DNA of 64,000 nt from an uncultured Gemmatimonadales bacterium (GCA_963828735.1 CAWHFW010000002.1:192001-256000), one strand, 5' to 3'. Positions 8,829-20,274 are shown, numbered from the stretch's first letter. The notes: generated by a model from the sequence alone, not told the origin. Numbers and translations: made by a program.

Positions 8829-10919
8829 TCACCCCACCCTGAACAGCTCCACCGCCCGCGGATATCGCGCCACCGCCCGCTCCCGCAACCGCTGATTCTC
8901 CGCGCGCTGCAACGCCGGGTCCGCACCGATCAAGTCCATCGCGAGCTGGCGCGCCCGACCGAGCAGGTCCGCGTCGTCCGGCAGGCGAGCGTGACGCAGC
9001 TCGAAGCCGCCGCTCTGCCGCGCGCCGATCAGGTCCCCCATGCCGCGCTCCTCCAGGTCCAGCTCCGCGATCTTGAAGCCGTCCTGTGTCGCCGCGAACG
9101 CCTGAAGCCGGTCGCCGGCCGGTCCCTCGGACATCAGGATGCAGAAACTCTCGTCCTGCCCCCGCCCGATGCGACCCCGGAGCTGATGCAGCTGTGCCAG
9201 GCCGAACCGCTCGGGATGCTCGATGACCATGATCGTGGCATTGGGCACGTCGATGCCCACCTCGATCACCGTGGTGGCCACCAGCAGGTGGATGTCCCCG
9301 GCGCGAAACCGCCGCATCACGTCGTCGCGTTCCTCGACCTTGAGCCGTCCATGCACCAGGCCGACCCGGAGCTCGGGCCACCGCGCTGCGAGGCTCTGCG
9401 ACATCGTGGTCGCGGCCCGCAGGTCTGCTCGCTCCGAATCCTCGATCACTGGCAGCACGACGTACGCCTGACGGCCGCTTTCCGCATTGGCACGGACGAA
9501 CTCCAGCACGCGGTCGCGCTGGCCGCCCGTCCGCACGGCCGTGCGGATCGTTCCACGGCCTGGTGGGCGATGCCGGAGCGTGGACACGTCGAGGTCGCCG
9601 TAGAGCGTGAGCGCGAGCGACCGTGGGATGGGCGTCGCGGTGAGCAGCAGGACATCCGGTGCCGCTCCCTTGCCGATGAGCGCGGCTCGCTGCTCGACCC
9701 CGAAGCGGTGCTGCTCGTCGATGACGACGAGGCCGAGTCGCTGAAAGGACACGCTCTCCTGCATGAGCGCGTGCGTGCCGACGACCAGGCGCGCCTGGCC
9801 GGTGGCGAGACGCCCGCGGATCGCCTGCTTCTCGCCGGCGCTCTGGCGGCCGAGCAGCAGCTCCGGCTTGATCGCGAGCGGGGCGAGCAGACGCTCGAGC
9901 GTCGCCGCGTGCTGCTCGGCGAGGAGCTCGGTGGGGGCCATCAGCGCCGCCTGATAGTCGTTCTCCACCGCCAGGAGCATGGCGAACAGCGCGACGACCG
10001 TCTTGCCGGTCCCCACGTCGCCCATGAGCAGCCGATGCATCCGCTCGGGCGCCGTCATGTCCGCGGTGATCTCCCGCAGCGCGCGCTGCTGATCGTCGGT
10101 GAGCTCCCAGGGCAGCGCTTCCCGGAGGCGGGTCGTCAGATCACGCCGGACCGTGAACGCGACCCCGCTCCGGCTGCGCTTGGCCACGGCGCGCGCCCGG
10201 ATCAGCATGAGCTGGAGATCCAGGAGCTCGTCGAATGCCAGTCGCCGGCGCCCCTGTTCCGCTTCGAGCGCGGTCGCGGGACGGTGGACGGCGCGCAGCG
10301 CCTCGGCCAGGGTGGGTAGCGCGAGCGACCGGCGGATCGAATCGGGGAGCACGTCCTGCGAGAGCCCGATGAGCGTGTCGAGATGACGGTCGACGAGCCC
10401 GCGGATGATTTTATGGCTCAGCCCCTCGGTCGCTGGATAGACCGGCAGCACCTTGCCGCCGACGAGCGGCTCGGCGTCGCCGTCGGCCTCGCCCAGGATC
10501 ACGAATTCCCGGGGAGCCATCTGGCGGCCATGGTAGAACCGCACCGGCCCCGAGACGAGGAGCGTTTGCCCGACCGCGATGCTGCGATCGAGAAACGCCT
10601 GTCCGGGCCAGACGCACTCGAGCACTCCGCTGTCGTCGCGCAAGACGGCGTGGAAGATCCGGAGGCCCCGGCGAGTGGGGACGACCCCCTTGGCGACGAC
10701 GCGCCCGATGCAGGCCACTTCCTGCCCCACCTCCGCTTTGACCAGCGGGGTAACGGTGGATGCGTCGATGTAGCGATGGGGGAGGTGCCACAGCAGGTCC
10801 TGCGCCGTGCGGATGCCGAGCCGCTCGAGCTGCTCCGCTCGGCGCTCGCCGATACCCTTCAGGAACTTGACCGGGGTGTCGAGACGAACCGCGGACTTCG
10901 ACGGGCGGGAGGCGGTCAC
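8829..10919 (-). CDS. recG: ATP-dependent DNA helicase RecG
   Basis: LKGIG wedge start, GDVGTGKT, MAPTELLAEQH, DEQHRFG, TATPIPR, QLRGRIGRG. Confidence 0.97.
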   Translation of the reverse strand: MTASRPSKSAVRLDTPVKFLKGIGERRAEQLERLGIRTAQDLLWHLPHRYIDASTVTPLVKAEVGQEVACIGRVVAKGVVPTRRGLRIFHAVLRDDSGVLECVWPGQAFLDRSIAVGQTLLVSGPVRFYHGRQMAPREFVILGEADGDAEPLVGGKVLPVYPATEGLSHKIIRGLVDRHLDTLIGLSQDVLPDSIRRSLALPTLAEALRAVHRPATALEAEQGRRRLAFDELLDLQLMLIRARAVAKRSRSGVAFTVRRDLTTRLREALPWELTDDQQRALREITADMTAPERMHRLLMGDVGTGKTVVALFAMLLAVENDYQAALMAPTELLAEQHAATLERLLAPLAIKPELLLGRQSAGEKQAIRGRLATGQARLVVGTHALMQESVSFQRLGLVVIDEQHRFGVEQRAALIGKGAAPDVLLLTATPIPRSLALTLYGDLDVSTLRHRPPGRGTIRTAVRTGGQRDRVLEFVRANAESGRQAYVVLPVIEDSERADLRAATTMSQSLAARWPELRVGLVHGRLKVEERDDVMRRFRAGDIHLLVATTVIEVGIDVPNATIMVIEHPERFGLAQLHQLRGRIGRGQDESFCILMSEGPAGDRLQAFAATQDGFKIAELDLEERGMGDLIGARQSGGFELRHARLPDDADLLGRARQLAMDLIGADPALQRAENQRLRERAVARYPRAVELFRVG

Positions 10920-10944
10920 GGGAGCTCCCGAGCCTCGGCGTCGG

Positions 10945-11874
10945 TCAGCCTGGGGTTTCGGCCAGCAGATGGGCGGCGAAGCGCTGCGGATCGAACGGCT
11001 GAAGGTCGTCCACGCCTTCGCCGACCCCGAGGAACCGGATGGGCAGGTCGAGCTCGCGGCGAAGGGCGGCCACGGCCCCGCCGCGGGCGCTGCCGTCGAG
11101 CTTGGTGACCACGATACCGGTCGGGCTCACCGCCGCAGCGAAGAGCTTGCCCTGCTGTACCGCGTTCTGGCCCACGGTGCCGTCGAGCACGAGCAAGGTC
11201 TCGTGTGGCGCGCCAGGCAATCGTCGCGCCGAGACGCGGACGACTTTGCGGAGCTCGTCCATCAGTCCCTCCTGCGTGTGCAGGCGCCCCGCGGTGTCGA
11301 CGACGATGGTGTCGAGTCCGCGCGACTGTGCAGCGTCGATGGCGTTGAAGGCAACGGACGCCGGATCGCCGCCGGGCTCGCCGGCGACACACGGGATTCC
11401 CAGGCGGTCGGCCCAGACCTGGAGCTGGGTGATGGCGCCGGCGCGATAGGTGTCGGCGGCGGCGAGCAGCACCTTCCGGCCTTCGCGCTGCAGCCGTCGC
11501 GCGAGCTTGGCGGCGGTGGTGGTCTTGCCCGTGCCGTTGACTCCCACCATGAGCACGACCGTGGGCCCCGATTCGGCCCGCGCGATGACGCCCGGATCGG
11601 CACGGCCGTTGAGCAGCGCGGCCAGCCGGCCCTCCAACGCGCTCCGGAGATCCGCCTCGGTTTTGAGCTTTCCGCGGCGCACCTCGTCCTCGAGGGCCTG
11701 GGTGAGCTCGACCGTGGCGGGCACCCCGAAATCCGCCTCGATCAGGACGCGCTCCAGGCGCTCGAGATCGTCCGCGTTGAGCCCGCGCATCAGGGCGCCG
11801 ACGTCCGTCATGGCGACGCGCTTGATGCGAGTCCAGAGGCTGTCTTTCTTGTCCGTCAGTCTACCGTTGGCCAT
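10945..11874 (-). CDS. ftsY: Signal recognition particle receptor FtsY (NG domain only)
   Basis: GVNGTGKTTT, DTYRAGA, DTAGR, TKLDGSARGG, GVGEG. Confidence 0.95.
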   Translation of the reverse strand: MANGRLTDKKDSLWTRIKRVAMTDVGALMRGLNADDLERLERVLIEADFGVPATVELTQALEDEVRRGKLKTEADLRSALEGRLAALLNGRADPGVIARAESGPTVVLMVGVNGTGKTTTAAKLARRLQREGRKVLLAAADTYRAGAITQLQVWADRLGIPCVAGEPGGDPASVAFNAIDAAQSRGLDTIVVDTAGRLHTQEGLMDELRKVVRVSARRLPGAPHETLLVLDGTVGQNAVQQGKLFAAAVSPTGIVVTKLDGSARGGAVAALRRELDLPIRFLGVGEGVDDLQPFDPQRFAAHLLAETPG

Positions 11875-11893
11875 GCCCCAATCTACACTCGTG

Positions 11894-13693
11894 TTAGCGC
11901 AGCCCCAGCCGCCTTCGCGCGATCCATTCGGCGGCGAGCGCCGCGACGCAGAGCGCGAAGAGCCAGAGCCATTCTCGTGCGGCGCGCCGCGCCGGGGGAA
12001 CGGGCGCACGCGCCTCGTGCGCGCTCAGCACGACCGGCCGGGGCAGCAGCTCGTCCGAATACGCTTCGACCGCCGCGACCCCACCACCGCCGCCAGCCAG
12101 TCGGTACCGATACTCCCCCGGACGGAGCCAGACCTCCGCGTGACCGCTGCCGTCGAAGCGCAACGTGTCCGCCGGCGGCGCCCCTTCGCCGTTCCACGTG
12201 ATGCCGAGCGCGGTCGGAGGCCCCTGGCCCGTCCACTCGAACACCACAGGACGGCCGTTCGCGACCACCGGGCGCACCGTCCGCGCGGACCCGCGACTCG
12301 AGTCGACGCCGCCCAGCAGCCAGCTTGCCGTGGCGGCGACCCATGTACGGTAGGCCTGCTCGCTCGAGCCCCCGCGAAATGCCCAGCGCCACAGTCCGTC
12401 CACCGCCACGACCGACCTCCGCACCCGTCCATCCTCCCGCCCGAACACTGCCGGCCGCGGCGCGCCCCTACGCCCCAGTTGGGCCGTCAGGGCCGTCCAG
12501 TCACCGGGCGCTGGCTGCATCGGTGTGAGTTGGATCGCGGGAGGGAACGAGTCCACGGGCTCGCCCAGAAACGCGCCGGCCACCGGAGACGCCTCGGCGG
12601 CCATCAGATACCAATCCCCTGCCGTCGCGCTCGAGTCGGAGCCCGCGGGCCAGGTCCAGATGCCCCTCGCGGTGGCGCCTTCGGCGAGCGCGCCGACCGG
12701 CCCCATCTCGATCAGCAGATCCGCGCGCCGGGCGGCCTGGCGAACCGTGGCGGTCGAGACCACGGAGAGATCGGCCATCGAGCGCCACCGATCGAGGTCG
12801 ATGCGCGCGAACCCACGCACGGGGAGCTGCGCCACCTCCCGGAGGGTTCGATAGAGGAATCGGCTGTCCCAGTCCGCCGGATCGGCGAGCAGCACGACGC
12901 CGGGCGTCGGGGCGACGGTGACGACGTGAAGCCGCACGTCGGTTCGGGGCTCCGCATCGTCCGCGTCCGCGATCGCCACGTGAAGCACGTGCTCACCGGC
13001 GCTGATGGAGCGGGTCCCGAGCGCCAGCCGTCCGCGGGCACTCCCCCCGCGGAGGTGGAGTGTGCGCGCACCGAGCCGCTTGCCGCCGAGCATCGCCTCG
13101 ACGGTCACGCGTTCCGCGGTCGCCCCGCCCACGGCGTCGACCTCGAAGTCCAGCGGGATCGAGTCGCCCGAGGTGACACGCGCTGGTCCGCTGACGGCCG
13201 TGAGGGCCAGGTCGGGCCTGACGTTCCGGGGAAAGAGCCGGACGCTTGCCCGTGGGAGCAGGTCCGGCGGCAGATCCGGCGCGTCCTCGATCTCACCGTC
13301 GCTCACCACCACGAGCGGGCGGTCCGACGCCGAGGCCGCCACCAGGGCGGGCCCGAGCAACGAGCGCCCTCGGGTGGGAACGGTATCGTCGGAGCCGCGT
13401 TCATCACCGAATCGACGCACCTCTCCCCAGCGCGCGGCGGAGTCGCGGGCTTCGGTCCAACGGCCACCCGGCGCGGACAGGCTGAGTGACGCATCCAGCA
13501 GCACCAACGGGCGCCGCGGCGCGCCCGCGACCGGGCAGCTGACGTTGAGCAGGAGCAGGCCGAGCGAGGCCCACGCGACGGCGCGAAAGGCGAGCGGCAG
13601 CCAGCCACGACGCCCGGTGCCTTCGAGATGGAGGTAGGTGAGGGCCGCGATCCCACCGGCGAGGAGCAGGACGAGAAGGACGCGGAGGATCAT
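11894..13693 (-). CDS. Membrane protein with vWA-like MIDAS segment and Ig-like region
   Basis: Two N-terminal TM helices, LLDASLS (DxSxS), VVSDG, C-terminal TM followed by EWIARRRLGLR. Confidence 0.6.
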   Translation of the reverse strand: MILRVLLVLLLAGGIAALTYLHLEGTGRRGWLPLAFRAVAWASLGLLLLNVSCPVAGAPRRPLVLLDASLSLSAPGGRWTEARDSAARWGEVRRFGDERGSDDTVPTRGRSLLGPALVAASASDRPLVVVSDGEIEDAPDLPPDLLPRASVRLFPRNVRPDLALTAVSGPARVTSGDSIPLDFEVDAVGGATAERVTVEAMLGGKRLGARTLHLRGGSARGRLALGTRSISAGEHVLHVAIADADDAEPRTDVRLHVVTVAPTPGVVLLADPADWDSRFLYRTLREVAQLPVRGFARIDLDRWRSMADLSVVSTATVRQAARRADLLIEMGPVGALAEGATARGIWTWPAGSDSSATAGDWYLMAAEASPVAGAFLGEPVDSFPPAIQLTPMQPAPGDWTALTAQLGRRGAPRPAVFGREDGRVRRSVVAVDGLWRWAFRGGSSEQAYRTWVAATASWLLGGVDSSRGSARTVRPVVANGRPVVFEWTGQGPPTALGITWNGEGAPPADTLRFDGSGHAEVWLRPGEYRYRLAGGGGGVAAVEAYSDELLPRPVVLSAHEARAPVPPARRAAREWLWLFALCVAALAAEWIARRRLGLR

Positions 13694-14421
13694 CTGACGG
13701 GTGGCGTGGCGGCGGCCTCCAGCGCCTGGGCCAGCTCGAATTTCCCTTCGTACAGCGCGCGGCCGACGATCACCCCGGCGAGACCGGCCTCGCGGACCGC
13801 GTGGATGTCGGAGAGCGCGGCGATCCCGCCGCTGGCAATCACGTCCGCGCCGCACGCCCGAAGCCGGCTGGCACCGTCGAGATCGGGACCCGCGAGCATC
13901 CCGTCGCGCGCCACGTCGGTGTAGATGAGGGTTCGCACTCCCTCGTTCGCCACGCGGCTCGCCAGAGTCTCGGCGGTGAGCGCGGAGGTCTCGGTCCAGC
14001 CGCGGATCGCGACGTGTCCCTCCCGCGCGTCGATGCCCACGGCGACCCGGTCTGCTCCTTCCGCCCCGAGGATGTCGGGGATGACGGCGGGATCCACGGC
14101 GGCCGCCGTGCCCACGACGACCCGGCTCACCCCCTGTGCCAGCGCCTCGCGCACGCGCTCGACGCTGCGAAGCCCGCCGCCAAGCTGGATCCTCGCCCGC
14201 GACCCGGCTCGCGTCACGATCCGCCGGACCAGCGCCAGGTTGTCGCCGTCACCGAAAGCGCGATCGAGATCCACGACGTGGATCCACTCCGCACCTTGGT
14301 CCACGAAGCGCTCGGCCACCGCGACCGGATCGTCCCCATAAACGGTTTGCCGCGTCGCCTCGCCCTGGCTCAGGCGAACGACGCGGCCATGTCGAATGTC
14401 GATGGCTGGGAAGAGGTCCAC
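13690..14421 (-). CDS. hisA: ProFAR isomerase HisA
   Basis: FPAIDIRHGRVVRL, HVVDLD, QLGGGLR, YTDVARDG, IASGG, GRALY. Confidence 0.93.
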   Translation of the reverse strand: MDLFPAIDIRHGRVVRLSQGEATRQTVYGDDPVAVAERFVDQGAEWIHVVDLDRAFGDGDNLALVRRIVTRAGSRARIQLGGGLRSVERVREALAQGVSRVVVGTAAAVDPAVIPDILGAEGADRVAVGIDAREGHVAIRGWTETSALTAETLASRVANEGVRTLIYTDVARDGMLAGPDLDGASRLRACGADVIASGGIAALSDIHAVREAGLAGVIVGRALYEGKFELAQALEAAATPPVR

Positions 14422-14431
14422 TACAGGAACG

Positions 14432-15724
14432 CTACGGCAGCCACCGGGCCTGGGTTTCCCGCGGCGGCGAAGGGGCCTGGGCGACAGCGGCGGGGGAATC
14501 GGGGTGCAGCAGCGTGAGCAGGCGGTCGCGCTCGGCCTGGAAATCGGCGCGGAGCTCGTCCCGGATGGGGGCGCCATTCCCGAGCTCGACCCTGCGCGAA
14601 TCCTTGGCGACGCCGTTGACGCGGAACTCGTAGTGCAGGTGCGGCCCGCTGGCCAGGCCGGTGGACCCGACGTATCCGATCGTCTGGCCTTGCTCCACCC
14701 GGGCGCCCGCATGGATGCCTCGCGCGAAGCCGCGCAGGTGGCCGTAGCGCGTGGTGATGCCGTTCCGATGGCGCAGCTCGATCAGGTTGCCGTACCCGCC
14801 TGCCCGGCCCGCCCGCAGCACGACGCCGTCGCCTGCAGCCATGACCGGGGTCCCGGGCGCCGCGGCGTAGTCGGTGCCCTCGTGCCGGCGTGTGATGCCC
14901 AGAATCGGATGGAAACGCGCACGGGCGAACCTCGAGGAGATGCGGCGGAACTGGACTGGCGCCCGGAGGAACGCCCGGCGAAGCGACTTGCCGTCGGCGT
15001 CGTAGAAGGCGGCGTGGCCGTCGCCCTCGAAGCGGAACGCGGTCAGGCTCTTGCCGGACATGGTGAGGTCCGCGGCCATCACGCGACCGAATCGCTTCTC
15101 GCCCTCCTCCGACACGAGCCGCTCGAACACGACCTGAAAGCGGTCCCCGGCCTGGATGTCGCGGGTGAAGTCCACCTGCCAGGCGAAGACGTCGGCCAGA
15201 TCCCAGGCCAGACGTTGCCGGTTGGCTCCGTCGAGCTGATCGTCGCCCACCTGCGCATCGAGCGCCTCGTAGAGCGAATTGTCGATTCCCCCTTCGATCC
15301 GGACCGTCTCGGCGCTCCAGGCGATGGCCTGGACGTTGGTCGTCCACCCGTCGCCGACGCGCCGGAACACGACCCGCTGCTCCGGATCGGTTCGGACGCT
15401 GATCTCCGTGGGCGACGCCGCCGTATCGGGGCGGCGAAACGTGAACACCAGGCCCGAGGGAAGCCGGCGCGGATCGAACGAGGTCGACGGGTCGATGCGG
15501 GAGAGGTCCAGGTCTACGATGCCGTGGCGCGCGAAAAGATCGGAAACCGTCTCCCCGCGGTCGAGCGTGTCGAGGGTCTCGGTGATGGGGTGGGAGACGA
15601 TCGGCCGGGTTACGGCGAGCGGCGCAGGCGCAGACAGCCGGCGCCAGGGCCAGCGTCCCGACGTCGCGAACGCGGCGGCGGCCACCAGTACCACGGCGGC
15701 CGCGCCCACCCTGAGCGGACGCAT
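14432..15724 (-). CDS. M23 family murein endopeptidase (MepM-like)
   Basis: HEGTD (HxxxD), YGHL, GPHLHYE; N-terminal anchor; ATG overlaps the ftsZ stop. Confidence 0.9.
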   Translation of the reverse strand: MRPLRVGAAAVVLVAAAAFATSGRWPWRRLSAPAPLAVTRPIVSHPITETLDTLDRGETVSDLFARHGIVDLDLSRIDPSTSFDPRRLPSGLVFTFRRPDTAASPTEISVRTDPEQRVVFRRVGDGWTTNVQAIAWSAETVRIEGGIDNSLYEALDAQVGDDQLDGANRQRLAWDLADVFAWQVDFTRDIQAGDRFQVVFERLVSEEGEKRFGRVMAADLTMSGKSLTAFRFEGDGHAAFYDADGKSLRRAFLRAPVQFRRISSRFARARFHPILGITRRHEGTDYAAAPGTPVMAAGDGVVLRAGRAGGYGNLIELRHRNGITTRYGHLRGFARGIHAGARVEQGQTIGYVGSTGLASGPHLHYEFRVNGVAKDSRRVELGNGAPIRDELRADFQAERDRLLTLLHPDSPAAVAQAPSPPRETQARWLP

Positions 15725-16899
15725 CAGTCCATCTGCCGCCGGATGAAGGTGGGGATCTCCATCTCCGGCACTTCGGTCGAGCCGGCGGCCGGCGCCTGCG
15801 GCAGCCGCGGGGCGGCACGGGGCGCGGCGGCCGGGGCCTGGGGCGCCGGCATACCGGGAGACGAGGGGCGCGTGCGCTGCGGGAAGTTGAGCACGCCGGC
15901 CGCGCCGGAGGTCCGGGTGAGCGGCTGATCGCCGGTCACGGCGCGGTCGAAGCCGGTCGCGATGACGGTGACCCGCACCTCGCCGCGCATGGCCGGGTCG
16001 TTGCCGGCGCCGAAGATGATCTCGGCGTCGTCGCCGACGGCGTCGTGGATGATGTCGTTGATCTGGGTGGTCTCGCCCAGCGTCAGGTCATCGCCGCCGA
16101 TGATGTTGATCAGCACGCCGGTGGCGCCCGCGATGGAGACGTTGTCGAGCAGCGGGCTGCTGATGGCCTGCTGGGCGGCCTCGAGCGCCCGGTTCTCGCC
16201 GCGGCCGATGCCCGTGCCCATGAGCGCGGCGCCCCCGTTCTGCATGACGGTGCGGACGTCGGCGAAGTCCACGTTGATGATGCCGGTGCTGGTGATGAGA
16301 CTGGCGATGCCCTGCGTCGCGTGGAGCAGGACCTCGTCGGCCTTCTTGAGGGCCTCCTGGAACGGAATCCCCTTGCCGACCACGGCGAGGAGCCGCTCGT
16401 TCGGCACCACGATCATCGTGTCCACGTTCTTCCGCAGCTCGGCGATGCCCTGCTCCGCCTGCTTCATGCGGCGGCGGCCCTCGAACAGGAAGGGCTTGGT
16501 CACGATTCCGACCGTGAGGGCGCCGGTCTCCCGCGCCATCTGCGCCACGACGGGGGCCGCCCCGGTGCCGGTGCCGCCGCCCATGCCGCAGGTGACGAAC
16601 ACCATGTCCGCGCCCTGAACCGATTGGGCGACTTCGTCGCGGTTCTCCTCGATCGCCTGGCGGCCGATCTCCGGCCGGGCCCCGGCGCCGAGTCCGCGGG
16701 TCAGCTTGCGCCCGATCTGGATCTTGATGTCCGACTTGGAAATCGCCAGCGCCTGGGCGTCGGTGTTGACCGAGATGAACTCGACGCCGCCGAGCTGATC
16801 CTCGATCATGCGGTTGACGGCGTTGCCACCGCCGCCGCCGACGCCGATCACCTTCATTCGGGCGGTCTGAACGCCGCTCTCTTCCAGCTCAAATCTCAT
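15724..16899 (-). CDS. ftsZ: Cell division GTPase FtsZ
   Basis: [27 protein letters not shown]-terminal [11 protein letters not shown]. Confidence 0.98.
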   Translation of the reverse strand: MRFELEESGVQTARMKVIGVGGGGGNAVNRMIEDQLGGVEFISVNTDAQALAISKSDIKIQIGRKLTRGLGAGARPEIGRQAIEENRDEVAQSVQGADMVFVTCGMGGGTGTGAAPVVAQMARETGALTVGIVTKPFLFEGRRRMKQAEQGIAELRKNVDTMIVVPNERLLAVVGKGIPFQEALKKADEVLLHATQGIASLITSTGIINVDFADVRTVMQNGGAALMGTGIGRGENRALEAAQQAISSPLLDNVSIAGATGVLINIIGGDDLTLGETTQINDIIHDAVGDDAEIIFGAGNDPAMRGEVRVTVIATGFDRAVTGDQPLTRTSGAAGVLNFPQRTRPSSPGMPAPQAPAAAPRAAPRLPQAPAAGSTEVPEMEIPTFIRRQMD

Positions 16900-16921
16900 G
16901 GTGTGTTCCCCTCGGCGCGAC

Positions 16922-18176
16922 TCAGAAGAAGTCCTGGAGCCACCGTTTTACCGGAGCGAGCACCTTCTCGACCGCCGGCGACTTGCGGGCACCGGTCCCG
17001 AAGCCGCCGCTCGTTGCCACCTGCCGGGCACCGTACAGTACCAGTCCCGCGGATACCGCCATTCGCGGTGACTCGACGCTGTCCGCCAACCCCCGGAGCC
17101 GCTGGCCGGGAATGCCGCAGCGGGCCGGCGTGGCGAAGACCTCGCGGGCCAGTTCCACGATGCCCGGGGTCAGGGCCCCGCCGCCCGTGAGGATCACGCC
17201 CGCGGGAAGACGCTGATGATAGCCTGCACGGGTGATCTCGTCGAGCGCATACTCGAGTACTTCCTGCAACCGCATGTGCATGATATGCGCCAGTACGCGA
17301 CGCTGCGCATTCCGGGCGCCCTGACCCGGCGTGCTTGGCAGCTCGAACACGTCGCTCTCCGGCACCAGCGGCTCGAATCCGCCGCCGTAACGCTCCTTCA
17401 GCCGCTCCGCGTCCAGCTGTGTCACCTGCAGTCCGTGAACGATGTCGGCCGTGACGTGTCCGCCGGCGCACAGCAGCGATCGCGGTGTGCCGGATCTTTC
17501 CGTTGTGAAAGATCGACACGTTGGTGGATCCGCCCCCCAGCTCGATGACGGCGCAGCCGAGCTCGATCTCGTCGGGCGTGAGGACCGCCAGCGACGCCGC
17601 CAGCGGCTCCAGGACGAACTCCTGGACGTGATATCCCGCGCGCTCGACGCTCTTCTTCAGGTTCTGCAGGACGCTGGAGAGCACCGTGACGAGGTAGACC
17701 TCGGCCTCCAGCCGCGACCCCGTCATGCCGATCGGCTCGTTGATCCCGCCCTGCTGGTCGATCAGATAGTCCTGCGGAATGGCGTGCAGCAGCTCGTGGT
17801 CCCGCCCGAAGCTGATGTTGCTCGCCATGTCGTTGACCCGCGCCACATCGCTGGTCCGGATCTCGTCGCCCGTGACGCTGACCATGCCGTGCGAGCTGCG
17901 CCCCGCCACGTGCTCGCCCGCGATGCCGCAGTAGGCCGACCCCACTTCGACGCCCGCCATACGCTGGGCGCTCTTCATCGCTTTGTCGATGGCCCGGGTG
18001 GTTTCTTCGATGTCACGGACCACGCCGCGCCGGATCCCGCCGGTCTTCTCCGAGGCCACGCCCAGGATCCGAGCGCCCACGTCGCGCGCATCGCCCGTGA
18101 CCTCCGCGATGGCGGCGACGACCTTGGTCGAGCCGAGGTCGAGCGCCGCCACCAGCCGCTGAGGCTGCGCGCTCAT
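16922..18176 (-). CDS. ftsA: Cell division protein FtsA, one frameshift (extra base ~17480) as sequenced
   Basis: N-part [19 protein letters not shown]...ELGGGST. Removing one base restores [20 protein letters not shown]...AERLK...VILTGGG. Confidence 0.9.
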
Positions 18177-18863
18177 GCGCGCGCCCGGCGGACGATCACC
18201 TGACCGGCGAAGCGTCCATCGAGTTCCTGGTATGACCGCCCGCTCCGGGCGAGCGCCTGCTCCACCGCCATCACCGCTCGAATGTCCTCCGCGGAAACCT
18301 GTGCGCCGAACCAGAGGCGCCGCCCCCCGACCTCGAGTACCACGTCCGGCCCCACCCGCCACGCCGCTCCGATTCGCGCGAACAGGTCGGGATCGAAATC
18401 CCGCACCCGCGCGAGCACGCCCGTCACCACCGCATCGCCGTAGGCCGCGTACGGCAGGTCGGGCGCCGAGCGGAGCGGGTCGTAGGGAAGCACCCGGCCC
18501 CGCGCGTCCAGCAGGACAAGCCCGTCGCCGCGGCTCGCGAGCGCCACCGGGGTGGCTTCGACCAGCTCGACCCGCAGCGTTCCCGGCAGCCGCCGGCCGA
18601 TCTCCGCCGACGTCACGCCCGGCATCGCCGACCAGCCGGCGCACGAGCGGCGCCGGGTCGTCGAACACGCTGGCCGTCGGCGGCAGCTTCAGCGCGCCGA
18701 TCACGCTTCGCCGGATCAAGATACTGCAATCCGGCGATCTCCACCCGCCGACCCGGAAAAAATCGAGACCGCGGAGCGATCTGGGAAGCCCGAACCAGAG
18801 CGCGAGCCCGAGTCCGAGGCCGCCGAGGATCTTCCAGCCGGGCTTCAGGCGGCCCCGAGCCAC
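18173..18863 (-). CDS. ftsQ: FtsQ/DivIB-like POTRA protein, ~3 frameshifts as sequenced
   Basis: Lies between murC and ftsA. TM helix, then FFRV/RRVEIAG, PGVTSAEIGRRLPGTLRVELVE, ELDGRFAGQVIV spread over three frames. Confidence 0.75.
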
Positions 18864-20225
18864 CGCACGAGCTCGGGACCGACCCGGGTGATGTCGCCCG
18901 CGCCGAGGGTGAGGACGACGTCGCCCGGCTCGAGCGCCTCGTAGACGTGGCGCCCCACGTCCGGCCGGCTGGGCTCGAACCGCGCATCGGCGCCCGCCCG
19001 TTGCGCCGCTTCGGCGACCTGGCGGCCGCTCACGCCGTCGATCGGCTGCTCGCGCGCCGCGTAGACCTCGGTCACCACCACGAGATCGGCGGCGGCCAGC
19101 GCCTCGCCCATGGCCGTGCCGTGCGCCGCCGTCCGCGAGTAGAGGTGCGGCTGGAACACGGCCACCAGCCGCCGGCCCGGGATAGGCCTGGCGCGCCGCC
19201 GCGAGCGTGGCCACGAGCTCGGAGGGGTGGTGGGCGTAGTCATCCACCACCGCCACGCCGCCATGCTCGCCCAGCCGCTCGAACCGGCGACCCACGCCCG
19301 CGAACTCGCGCCAGCGCCTCCGCCGCCCGGTCCAGCGCGTCCGCCGATCGCCTCGGTGGCGGCCGAGCGCGGCGACGGCGTTGCGGAGATTGTGGACCCC
19401 GGGCACCCGGAGCCGGAGCCGGAGCGAGCGCCCGTCGCGCCAGCGGACCGTGGCCTCGGTCCGGTCGGCGTGCTGCGCGGTGTCTGAAATTCTGACGTCG
19501 GCGTCGTCGCTGAAACCGAACCGCCGGACCCCGCGGCCGAGCCGGCCGGCGATGAGCCGCGCGCCGGGATCGTCGGCGCTCACGACGGCCGTCTCGGCCC
19601 GCCCGGCGAACTCCACGAAGGCGTCCTCCAGCGCGGCCATCGAGCCGTAGCACTCGAGGTGGTCCGGTTCGACGTTGTTCACGATCGCGACCGTCGGATA
19701 CAGCGTGAGGAACGCCTTGTCGTACTCGTCGGCTTCGACGACGAACAGGTCGTCGCCCGCGACGCGGGCGTTGCCGCCCCAGGCATTCACCCGGCCGCCC
19801 GCGATGCCGGTCGGCGACGAGACCCGCCGCCGTGAGCGCCTCGGTGGTCATCACCGTCGTCGTCGTCTTGCCGTGCGTTCCCGACGACGGCCACCGAGCG
19901 AGCCGACGCCGACCAGCGCCGCCAGCGCTTCCTTGCGCGGCACCACCGGCAGGCCCAGCGCGCGCGCCCGTTCGAGCTCGGGATGATTGGCCGGGATCGC
20001 GGCGCTCACGACCACCGCGCGCGCGCCCTCGAGGTGCGACGGGTCGTGACCCTGCCAGATGCGCGCGCCCATCGCCGCCACGTCGGCCGCGCCCGCCGGA
20101 TCGGTGTCGCACCCGCTCACGACGACCCCGCGCCGGCAGGCGATCAGCGCGAGCGCGCTCATGCCGGCCCCGCCGACTCCGACGAAATGGACCGGTCGCC
20201 TATCCGAGGGGGTGAACAGGTTCAT
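18845..20225 (-). CDS. murC: UDP-N-acetylmuramate--L-alanine ligase, multiple frameshifts as sequenced
   Basis: HFVGVGGAGMSALA, GTHGKTTTT, VEADEYD, GVGRRFE, DDYAHHPSE, FQPHLYSRT and TLGAGDI in order but in different frames. Confidence 0.9.
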
Positions 20226-20237
20226 GATGGATGCGCT

Positions 20238-20243
20238 AATGTA
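20238..20243 (-). promoter_or_regulatory. Candidate -10 element (TACATT) of an internal promoter before murC
   Basis: Sits in an AT-rich ~50 bp gap between murG and murC. No good -35 match. Confidence 0.3.
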
Positions 20244-20274
20244 AGTAATTGCTGCGAGTTCTGAAAGTGCGGGA

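Noticed and set aside
16896..19790. Apparent 964-aa MurC-FtsQ-FtsA fusion in the ORF track
   Set aside because: Chimera of fragments joined by frameshifts, with nonsense stretches between recognisable pieces.
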